In this document: positions 1 through 7,284 of the stretch, one piece after another
Layout of the letters: each line of letters opens with the position of its first letter
Numbering within the stretch: the stretch's first letter is position 1
Virus record (IMG/VR): IMGVR_UViG_3300008097_000009
Coordinates: 1 to 49,402 of that record
DNA length: 49,402 nucleotides
Reading direction: 5' to 3' (one strand)
From: a virus
Taxonomy: Duplodnaviria; Caudoviricetes
Position numbers and translations under genes: made by a program
The notes under the pieces: model-generated
The model's input: only the letters and a program-made list of their open reading frames with translations
Database searches by the model: none
What the model was told of the DNA's origin: nothing

Positions 1-2
1 AG

Positions 3-755
3 ATCAGGTGGGTAGCAAGCGAAATGAGCACCCTTATAGGGTTTGTTGGTTACTGACCACACACTACGCTTATTCTTCTTATCATATGATTTAGATAGTC
101 CTGAGTGTGGTTGTAGTCCTGTTCCTTCATTGTGATACTTACCATTAGTTCTATCACGTGTACCCCAATCCTTAGCAGGTTCTTTTATTGCTTCATGATC
201 ATAGTAATAATATTTACTCTTACTCAATAGAAATATGTACTCATGTGATTTAGTACACCTATCCTTGACTGACTCAGGCATTGGATTAGGTTTGTGCCAT
301 ATTATATCTTGTCTTAGATACCATCCATCAGCACGTAATGCAAATGCAAGCATCCAAGGTATACCAATTAGATCCTTATCTTTATATCCTACAAGCTTAT
401 TGGATCTACGTGGTGTTGTCTCTGGTAAATCTTGTCTGTTGTTTGCGAATGACTGCTTAGGTATACATCCATCCTTTCTGTAATTATAATATGAATCACC
501 AATGTTTAACCACAGTGTACCATCATCAGTCAGTACATCACGTACCTTACTGAATACATCCACTAGTTGTTCAACAAACTCTTCAGGTGATTGTTCCTGA
601 CCTATTTGATTCTCTTCACCACCATAGTCTCTTAGGCCATAGTATGGTGGTGATGTAACACACATCCTAGGTCTTTCAGCAATGCCTGTAGTAATCTGTC
701 CATGTAATGTCTTGAGTGTATCACGACAGTCACCAAATAATATAGTATTTCTCAT
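3..755 (-). CDS. DNA N4-cytosine/N6-adenine methyltransferase (beta-class), 3' end runs off the window
   Basis: Not in the ORF track. Manual translation from ATG at 755: MRNTILFGDCRDTLK...CVTSPPYYGLRDY...GTLWLNIGDSY...NKRSVWSVTNKPYKGAHFACYPPD. SPPY catalytic motif. Start overlaps the upstream stop (TGATG). Confidence 0.9.
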   Translation of the reverse strand, partial: MRNTILFGDCRDTLKTLHGQITTGIAERPRMCVTSPPYYGLRDYGGEENQIGQEQSPEEFVEQLVDVFSKVRDVLTDDGTLWLNIGDSYYNYRKDGCIPKQSFANNRQDLPETTPRRSNKLVGYKDKDLIGIPWMLAFALRADGWYLRQDIIWHKPNPMPESVKDRCTKSHEYIFLLSKSKYYYYDHEAIKEPAKDWGTRDRTNGKYHNEGTGLQPHSGLSKSYDKKNKRSVWSVTNKPYKGAHFACYPPD

Positions 756-1402
756 CAGAAGAATGCTACCTCTGTAAATCTTGTTGTTTCTTTAAACGTA
801 TTGTCCATTATATTCTGTGCATGTAACAAATGACCAGGAAAACATACGGCACAATTAAACTTAGACATGATACAGAGTTCTGGTTTAAACCTTTCCTCAG
901 TCTGCCAAGGTTCCTCATGTTCAAGCCCTCTATAAAATTTAAAATCCTTATCCACTTGAGAGTATAATACTGTACCTGCTGAATCACCCACATCTGGGTT
1001 AAGATAAAGACAGAAGTTTACATGATTATCAGTATGAGGACAAAAGAAATATTCATGTCCTGGATGATCCTCAAGTAATCTAAATTGATTATACATTGAT
1101 TGAGGGGGAAATATATCAGGAGCTCTAACTTGATATAGTTTAATTATCTCCTGAAATAAGATTGCTCTACCATCATCCCATGAGTTATTAGCATAGTGCT
1201 GTCCATCATAAAATGATTTACCATTATGAGACTTAGGTGTTGATTCTTTATGAGACTTAATGGGAATACTTTTAAGATATTCATACACCTTATAAGGATG
1301 CTCGTACACATTCTCAATGAATAGTATACCACTATTCTTATAAGGAGTAATAGAAACATTCCATTCCTTATTGAAATAAAAGTCTTCATTACAAAAGAAC
1401 AT
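755..1402 (-). CDS. 2OG-Fe(II) oxygenase-like protein (DUF6445-like)
   Basis: HxD (PHTD), 'LYLN...GT.LY', distal His (LLHAQ) and C-terminal 'RFTEVAFF'. Confidence 0.65.
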   Translation of the reverse strand: MFFCNEDFYFNKEWNVSITPYKNSGILFIENVYEHPYKVYEYLKSIPIKSHKESTPKSHNGKSFYDGQHYANNSWDDGRAILFQEIIKLYQVRAPDIFPPQSMYNQFRLLEDHPGHEYFFCPHTDNHVNFCLYLNPDVGDSAGTVLYSQVDKDFKFYRGLEHEEPWQTEERFKPELCIMSKFNCAVCFPGHLLHAQNIMDNTFKETTRFTEVAFF

Positions 1403-1405
1403 CAG

Positions 1406-1510
1406 TTAACCATACAATGCTACGTTGTGTGATCTACGAGGCGGTGTATACTTAATCACAATGGGTTTAGTAACAGCAGTATATATTTTTAATAATGTCT
1501 CCGACTTCAT
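1406..1510 (-). CDS. small hypothetical protein (34 aa)
   Basis: Manual ORF MKSETLLKIYTAVTKPIVIKYTPPRRSHNVALYG*. Fills the gap and has an ATGA overlap with the SET gene. Confidence 0.6.
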   Translation of the reverse strand: MKSETLLKIYTAVTKPIVIKYTPPRRSHNVALYG

Positions 1511-1803
1511 GTTACAGAATAGAATGTATACTTAAGAAAGAGTTCTTCACCCTTCTTAATTGGTTTAATAGTTCTCATATGATATATTCTACCCCACTCC
1601 ATCTCTTCAAGATCTTTAGTGCAGTTAGGATCATCACTATGATTAACGAAACCACCAATAGGTGTTCTCATAATCTCTTCATCCACTACTACATGAGATA
1701 TACCAAGATAAACATCATCGGGTATATCCTCCAAAGCAAATAAGCCCTGTCCAGAGACAGAGCTATCCTTTACGTGTAAACAGTTAGGTAACGCCTTATA
1801 CAT
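1507..1803 (-). CDS. stand-alone SET-domain protein (putative protein lysine methyltransferase)
   Basis: GxGLFA (GQGLFALEDI), NHSxxPN (FVNHSDDPNC) and IxxGEELxxxY (IKKGEELFLKY). Confidence 0.85.
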   Translation of the reverse strand: MYKALPNCLHVKDSSVSGQGLFALEDIPDDVYLGISHVVVDEEIMRTPIGGFVNHSDDPNCTKDLEEMEWGRIYHMRTIKPIKKGEELFLKYTFYSVT

Positions 1804-1818
1804 GATAAAATGGTTTGT

Positions 1819-2055
1819 TTACTCTTTAATTGATCTACGATATACTTTAGTTAAATGTTGTTCGAGCTTAACATCATCAATACCAGCACGACCTGCTAGT
1901 TTAACTGATGATACTGGATCTACTTCCCACATAGCATGAATTAAATACCTTATCTCACATGTTGTGAGCTCTACCATCGTAGATACTTTCTCATGTTTAT
2001 CATTATCCATGAGAACAGATTGTTGGTTTTCATGCGTGAAATAGTCGCCACTCAT
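1819..2055 (-). CDS. hypothetical protein
   Basis: Closely packed ORF; resembles 2856..3050. Confidence 0.65.
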   Translation of the reverse strand: MSGDYFTHENQQSVLMDNDKHEKVSTMVELTTCEIRYLIHAMWEVDPVSSVKLAGRAGIDDVKLEQHLTKVYRRSIKE

Positions 2056-2300
2056 ACATTTTCCTCCAATTCAACAGGTTCAGGGGGTGCAAATGAATCT
2101 GATAACAATAATGTTTCAAATTCGCTCCTAGATACTGCTTCACCAGCAGGTGTATCTCTCACATACTCATCGTAAGATAAGTCCATCTCAGCGTCATCTA
2201 ACGCCTTTATAATGCTCTCTACATCTGAATTGTGTTCACTTACAATTCTTTGTAGAAGATAGAAATCATCATGGGTGAGTTTAACATTAATCTCATCCAT
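2052..2300 (-). CDS. hypothetical acidic protein
   Basis: Operon packing with a 4-nt ATGA overlap. Confidence 0.65.
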   Translation of the reverse strand: MDEINVKLTHDDFYLLQRIVSEHNSDVESIIKALDDAEMDLSYDEYVRDTPAGEAVSRSEFETLLLSDSFAPPEPVELEENV

Positions 2301-2301
2301 A

Positions 2302-2532
2302 TTAATAGCGTGAAGGAATCTTACTATACTCTGTAATAGGATTACTCATATTTTGTACGTGTTCAATAATTTGATCACGAATCTGTATAATCTCTTCAAA
2401 GCATTCTTGGTTATGTGCACATGATCTCAAATGATGATCAGGTTTGTACAATGACTCAAGAAGTATACCCTTGGCTCTATCCCACTTCTCATATGATGTG
2501 AGGGAATATCCAAGAGAGTTCTGATCCTTCAT
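2302..2532 (-). CDS. hypothetical protein
   Basis: GGAGGAG Shine-Dalgarno directly upstream; late-promoter-like CTAAATA at 2550-2556. Confidence 0.7.
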   Translation of the reverse strand: MKDQNSLGYSLTSYEKWDRAKGILLESLYKPDHHLRSCAHNQECFEEIIQIRDQIIEHVQNMSNPITEYSKIPSRY

Positions 2533-2638
2533 ACTCCTCCCTTTTTTGTTATTTAGAAATTGATTGTCTCTATTTTAAGACACAACCGCTACAATACGTG
2601 AATCTTTTATGATGTCTTTAGATTGTAGTAACGATTAG

Positions 2639-2872
2639 TTACTCGTACTCAAAGTAGATACCATGAATAGCATTGAATGATTCAATACTGAGATGCTCAG
2701 GATCATGAACCTCTGGTTCACCAGTCACTAAAAACTCAGCATCAAAATATTCAGCACTCACTCCATAACTATCACATGTTTCTAAGTACTGATGTGCATG
2801 GGTATCATTCATACCACATACATTAAAGCAATAGCTTAGATCTAATAATACTTGATCAATTGTTGAAATCAT
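2639..2872 (-). CDS. hypothetical acidic protein
   Basis: ORF in the small-gene cluster downstream of the early-type promoter. Confidence 0.6.
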   Translation of the reverse strand: MISTIDQVLLDLSYCFNVCGMNDTHAHQYLETCDSYGVSAEYFDAEFLVTGEPEVHDPEHLSIESFNAIHGIYFEYE

Positions 2873-3050
2873 TGTGAATTCCTTCAGCGAGATCGGCTAA
2901 TGCACCGAGTTTTTTTACGACTGTACGAGTGTTTACCCCATACGAGGCTGCTGAGTGGGCAATCTTAGGATCTCGAACCGACATGAGGATATCGAGTAAG
3001 AAGTCCAACTCAGCAGCAGTGAGTTTACTCTTTAAACTAGTTTGCTCCAT
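2856..3050 (-). CDS. hypothetical protein
   Basis: ORF in the small-gene cluster; resembles 1819..2055. Confidence 0.6.
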   Translation of the reverse strand: MEQTSLKSKLTAAELDFLLDILMSVRDPKIAHSAASYGVNTRTVVKKLGALADLAEGIHNDFNN

Positions 3051-3129
3051 AATCTACAATGTACTGTTCAATAGCTGCTAATAGCTCGTCACCATTAACT
3101 GCTGCTTCTAGTTGATCGAAGATACTCAT
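3037..3129 (-). CDS. small hypothetical protein (30 aa)
   Basis: Manual ORF MSIFDQLEAAVNGDELLAAIEQYIVDYGAN*, the first ORF after the promoter, with AAGGGA upstream. Confidence 0.5.
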   Translation of the reverse strand: MSIFDQLEAAVNGDELLAAIEQYIVDYGAN

Positions 3130-3155
3130 AGGGTTGTTCCCTTAACGACTTCCTT

Positions 3156-3215
3156 ACTATACATCAGAATCTGACCCTCGCAAGGGGGTGTGTGCCAGTT
3201 TGTTGAAGTGCACAC
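3156..3215 (-). promoter_or_regulatory. cyanomyovirus early-type promoter (sigma70-like plus upstream AACTGGCACA box)
   Basis: -35 TTGCGA (3183-3178), 16-nt spacer, -10 TATAGT (3161-3156). Upstream GTGCAC-TTCAACAAACTGGCACA shares a 14-nt core with 29887-29900. Confidence 0.7.
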
Positions 3216-3217
3216 AC

Positions 3218-3898
3218 TTAGAACCGTCTCCAATGATCAAAGTGTATCATACCTGTATCAAAATCAGTGAGATCTGGGTTCAATACCAGTTTCACATCAC
3301 CAGCAACTGACCTAATGTATGTACCTGACCCTGAATCACCCTTAAAATAGTGATTTAGATTTGATGGGAAGACCACTAGATCACCTGCTGCAACTGAAAT
3401 GGTGTAATTATTGGACGTTATGAAGTTTTGACTGCTTATTAATGTCTTCTCTTCACTCTTGGGATCCATCATACCCTCAGTATAGCAGTTTGGGTTGCAT
3501 GGAGTATAAAATGATAGTGTTGCTTTAGGTGGTGCATGTAGATAGTATACGAATGATAGATCAGAACATGCGTGTGTATGCATGGTCATATTATCCTTAG
3601 CATTCACAATTGTGAACCATGCTTTCATTATATGTGGTGATAATCTATCAGTTCTAATACCAGCACCATCAAGACAATCAATTATTTGACTAGAGATAGT
3701 AAAGAAGAAGTCATTAAGATCTTCCTCATGATGCAACAAGCATTTATCTCTGGTCTCACCTGTAATAGTATTATCACCAGGTAAATCTGGATCGAATTGA
3801 AACTCAGTCTTACTGTGTAACAAATCATTCCAGTTACCATCTATGCTACACTGGTAAATAGCAGTAGGAAACAATGGATGTATTTGATTATTAATCAT
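3218..3898 (-). CDS. putative 2OG-Fe(II) oxygenase (TIGR02466-like)
   Basis: 'LFPTAIY' start, 'W....N......HTH..SDLSFVYYL', 'GDLVVFPSNLNH' and 'RSVAGD'. Confidence 0.8.
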   Translation of the reverse strand: MINNQIHPLFPTAIYQCSIDGNWNDLLHSKTEFQFDPDLPGDNTITGETRDKCLLHHEEDLNDFFFTISSQIIDCLDGAGIRTDRLSPHIMKAWFTIVNAKDNMTMHTHACSDLSFVYYLHAPPKATLSFYTPCNPNCYTEGMMDPKSEEKTLISSQNFITSNNYTISVAAGDLVVFPSNLNHYFKGDSGSGTYIRSVAGDVKLVLNPDLTDFDTGMIHFDHWRRF

Positions 3899-4702
3899 GA
3901 CAGTTGAATCGTATAGTAGTTATCTCTCTAATGCTAAGGATCTGCAAGTAGAGGCTAAGAACATCCTAGCAGTTGATCCAGAGCAAAAGCTTACATGGTG
4001 GTATGATTTCAATAGATCTCCACAGAATATAATAGAGAGCTTCATATTCAAATCATCAAGACAGCATAACCTATTTCATAGTTATGTTGGTGCTGAGTGG
4101 TGGATAAGAGAACATAAAACTATCGAGAGTGATTGGAGATTCCATACAGATGTTGATGTCGATAGACTTGAGAAAACTAATGAAGTACATGCAGCACCAT
4201 TCTCTAGTGTAACATACTTATGTGATAGTGGTCAACCAACTGTATTGATAGACCATTATAATGACTGGACTAATACAGACGGACATATTACTGGTGATAA
4301 TAACTGGACATTCTGGTCTGCACCTAGTTAGGTAAGCACATCAATTGGTCTATACCATACTATCATGGAGTACCAGCAAACTTTGGATCCTTGATAGATG
4401 AAACTAGAATTACACTCATGTATAATGTATGGAGATGGAAACCATTTGAACCTGCATGTGTAGAATATAATCTACCATATGAAATATCACAAGGTGAAGC
4501 TTATATAACCGCAAAAAAAGATACTGAATTACCTTGGCTAGAACCACACGGTTATTTCAACTGTGAACTAGAAGGTTATCCAATATCTATGCAATATCAT
4601 GGTTACTATCAACAACACAAGAGTTGGATGGTAACTCAATTAGCACCAGATCATATTGATACTACCCCACGTTTTCCCACGCAAGAGAACCAGACTCATT
4701 AA
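3897..4702 (+). pseudogene. 2OG-Fe(II) oxygenase-like gene split by a 1-nt frameshift near 4327 (ORFs 3897..4331 and 4391..4702)
   Basis: The N-half has GAEWW and FHTD. Restoring one base (CCT A[A]G TTA) gives ...WSAPKLGKHINWSIPYYHGVPANFGSLIDETRITLMYNVW..., which supplies the distal His and the R-x-T-L motif. Confidence 0.7.
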
Positions 4703-5027
4703 AGATACAAGCATAAACATAATGATCTGCATCAGGACAGAGACTAGCCTTAGGAAACCAGTCCTCTGCATCTGACTGTGCTGTAGTTATACTACTATAT
4801 CTTAGAGTACCATAAGTACTATTCTTAAACTCTGATAACAGTGGATCAGACATGAATCCTTCATACCATGTCCAAATGGTATTAATCTTAGCTGTATCAC
4901 CTGCAGCTTCTAACAATCTTATCTTTGAAGCATCATACCATAATACTGGTAATCCTAATGCTTTAGAATAATCGCTGAGTGTGTTTTGTAGTGCTTTATA
5001 GTCCATAGGAGTTATGTTAATCATCAT
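4662..5027 (-). CDS. hypothetical protein
   Basis: Overlaps the upstream gene's stop; last gene of the tail-fibre run. Confidence 0.7.
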   Translation of the reverse strand: MMINITPMDYKALQNTLSDYSKALGLPVLWYDASKIRLLEAAGDTAKINTIWTWYEGFMSDPLLSEFKNSTYGTLRYSSITTAQSDAEDWFPKASLCPDADHYVYACIFNESGSLAWENVG

Positions 5028-5694
5028 AAGTTGATGAGTACTGTCTTATTAATTTATATCTTATCTGGTTAAAGTATGTAGTAGGTTCAATATCATGTGT
5101 CCACTTATTCTTATCAATAGAAGTGATTGCATAGAATTGTAGATCCTGATAATCATATAATAACTCACGAATGAATACATCTTGTATTAGAGTTTGTAAC
5201 CACGTAACACATACTCTTCTTTCTCCTTTAGTCACAGGTGTTACCTTGTGCCATAAGTTTGGATCAAATAATATACATTCACCTTTGTTAAGTCTATAAC
5301 TATATGTTTCAGATCCAAATCTAACCTGAAGATCACCACCTTCATATTCATCAGGACTATTGATTGCTGTTATCATCACATAATCTGATCTTAGATTCCT
5401 ATTCATAATAGGTAGATCATTATGGAAATCATAGTGACCTCCATCACTCTCAGTATACTTAACAAACATTGGTCCTGTTGTTCTCTTCACACAAAGAGCT
5501 GATACAAAAGGAGAGTTCCATAAATTGTCTTCCCACAACTCAATAGCACTATCATCATCCTTTAATTGTTGAGTTCTCTTTATTTCTCTGTTATTAGTAC
5601 CAGTATTACTACCGTCTATAAACTCACCTTGATCAAAATATTCTTGAAATTTATCACAAACGGCTGGATCCAGCCACATCATTTTACGAATCAT
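5017..5694 (-). CDS. PKHD-type Fe(II)/2OG hydroxylase (YbiX/PiuC-like)
   Basis: 'FIDG..TG', 'GGHYDFHND', 'RSD......I.SPDEYEGGDL', 'HKVTPVTKGERRVCVTWLQT.I.D...RELLYD'. Confidence 0.85.
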   Translation of the reverse strand: MIRKMMWLDPAVCDKFQEYFDQGEFIDGSNTGTNNREIKRTQQLKDDDSAIELWEDNLWNSPFVSALCVKRTTGPMFVKYTESDGGHYDFHNDLPIMNRNLRSDYVMITAINSPDEYEGGDLQVRFGSETYSYRLNKGECILFDPNLWHKVTPVTKGERRVCVTWLQTLIQDVFIRELLYDYQDLQFYAITSIDKNKWTHDIEPTTYFNQIRYKLIRQYSSTYDD

Positions 5695-5696
5695 AT

Positions 5697-6569
5697 TTAC
5701 ATACCTGCAGCAGCTTTAGCTTCATCTAGTTTTTTCTGATCTTCTTCTATCTGAGCAATTAATATCTCAACAGGATCAGTCAAGTGTGATGAAGATGGTA
5801 CATTATAATGTGGTGCAGGTCTTGAGAACTTCAACGCCAAATTAACATACTCATGCATAATATAATCCATAGAATCCATATCAGCAGTGGTACTTGATGC
5901 ATCTGGTGGGAACTGAATGTACTGTTCATCAGTTGCTAGATACCCAACACCAGCATTATGAGGTAAGAAATGCTTCTTGTAGATAGCTGGATCAATAGGA
6001 ATATTAATCTTAGCTAGCACATGTATACCACTCTCAAATGCATCAGGCAATTCTCTAACCTTTGCTCTATAAGTTTTCCACTGTACTTTCTCTTCAGCAG
6101 TAACAGGTGCATCTTCAAGCATTGTCCAATCAGTTGTATGTAAGAAGAAATCTCTCCATGCTTTTATTCTTGTTAAGCTTAACCCACTCTCTCTTTCAAT
6201 TATTCTATCAAACTTCTTGTCTATATCATCTATCTGTACTGATAGTATAGCATCAAATGCTTCTTTTATCTTATCAACAAAATCCTTTGCTGTTGTTAAA
6301 TTTGGTTCATCAAATATATAATCCTTCCAGAAATATTCACCAGTAGTATGATTACGAACATACTTACTCTTATTACAAGTATATGATTCTGGATTATCAA
6401 AATACTTAAATGTCTGTAACCTATCCTTATCAGTACTCCATAAAGGATCTAGGATAGGAGCAATATAAGTAGTCCAATCAGTATCTGATATTGTTTTGGT
6501 TGTAGTACCACGAGTTATGACTCTGTTAGTACCACTAATAATTAATGAGTTATTATTGAGCGTAGACAT
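5697..6569 (-). CDS. tail fibre assembly chaperone-like protein
   Basis: 'R...L..TDWT.L.DAP......WKTYRAKVRELP' motif; lies downstream of the tail-collar genes. Confidence 0.75.
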   Translation of the reverse strand: MSTLNNNSLIISGTNRVITRGTTTKTISDTDWTTYIAPILDPLWSTDKDRLQTFKYFDNPESYTCNKSKYVRNHTTGEYFWKDYIFDEPNLTTAKDFVDKIKEAFDAILSVQIDDIDKKFDRIIERESGLSLTRIKAWRDFFLHTTDWTMLEDAPVTAEEKVQWKTYRAKVRELPDAFESGIHVLAKINIPIDPAIYKKHFLPHNAGVGYLATDEQYIQFPPDASSTTADMDSMDYIMHEYVNLALKFSRPAPHYNVPSSSHLTDPVEILIAQIEEDQKKLDEAKAAAGM

Positions 6570-6574
6570 TTTTA

Positions 6575-7276
6575 TTATACGGGTTGTTGATAGAACCAGC
6601 CTGTTACAATATATTTAGTTCCTTTGAGAACCAAATTACCTCTATGAGTGTGTGTATAACCAGCAGGCCATATTACTACTGTACCTGTGGTAGGTTTAAT
6701 CCTTCTCTTTTGATAGAAGAACTCAGTCTCACCACCTTCAAAATCTTCATTGAGATATATCATCCATGTAGCAGTTCTATTTGCTTCATTATATGATCCA
6801 TCCTCATGATGAAATACATGGTAACCACCTCCCTCTGGAGTCTGTTGCATCTTAACATGCCAAGACGTTAAAGGAACTGACCCTAGTGAATCATATGTTG
6901 TACAATAATGGTTTAATGTAGATTGTAAATATTGATTAACTTGAGCTGAAAGAGTACCACTTAAGCAGTCTAACATACATCCAACATCATTACGACCTAA
7001 TGTTCTTGTCTTGAACTGATTGTTACCAGGCATAGCATGTTGTTCACCTGAATATGGATCAGTAAGAGGCATGTCTCTCTCATGATTAGTGATGAGTGCT
7101 TGCTGTTGCCAAGTGTGGAAGAAATTAATAAGATCGTTACAAAAAGCAGGGGGAACAAAGTTCTCCCATACTCCTATGAAATCATCAAACTCGCCTCTCT
7201 CACCCATTAAGTTCATGGGTACTATAGGTGTAACCATCTCAACGTAGTTCGATGCACCAGATGATGTAATTGCCAT
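6575..7276 (-). CDS. 2OG-Fe(II) oxygenase (prolyl 4-hydroxylase-like)
   Basis: 'GGGYHVFHHED', 'WMIYLNEDFEGGETEF', 'WPAGYTHTHRG' and 'KYIVTGW'. Confidence 0.9.
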   Translation of the reverse strand: MAITSSGASNYVEMVTPIVPMNLMGERGEFDDFIGVWENFVPPAFCNDLINFFHTWQQQALITNHERDMPLTDPYSGEQHAMPGNNQFKTRTLGRNDVGCMLDCLSGTLSAQVNQYLQSTLNHYCTTYDSLGSVPLTSWHVKMQQTPEGGGYHVFHHEDGSYNEANRTATWMIYLNEDFEGGETEFFYQKRRIKPTTGTVVIWPAGYTHTHRGNLVLKGTKYIVTGWFYQQPV

Positions 7277-7284
7277 AATTTAAT

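Noticed and set aside
235-483. Plus-strand 82-aa ORF
   Set aside because: Antisense to the DNA methyltransferase, which the ORF track missed because it runs off the window.
4329-4331. TAG readthrough or stop-codon reassignment
   Set aside because: The continuation is in a different frame, and TAG serves as a normal stop in gp26, gp53 and others.
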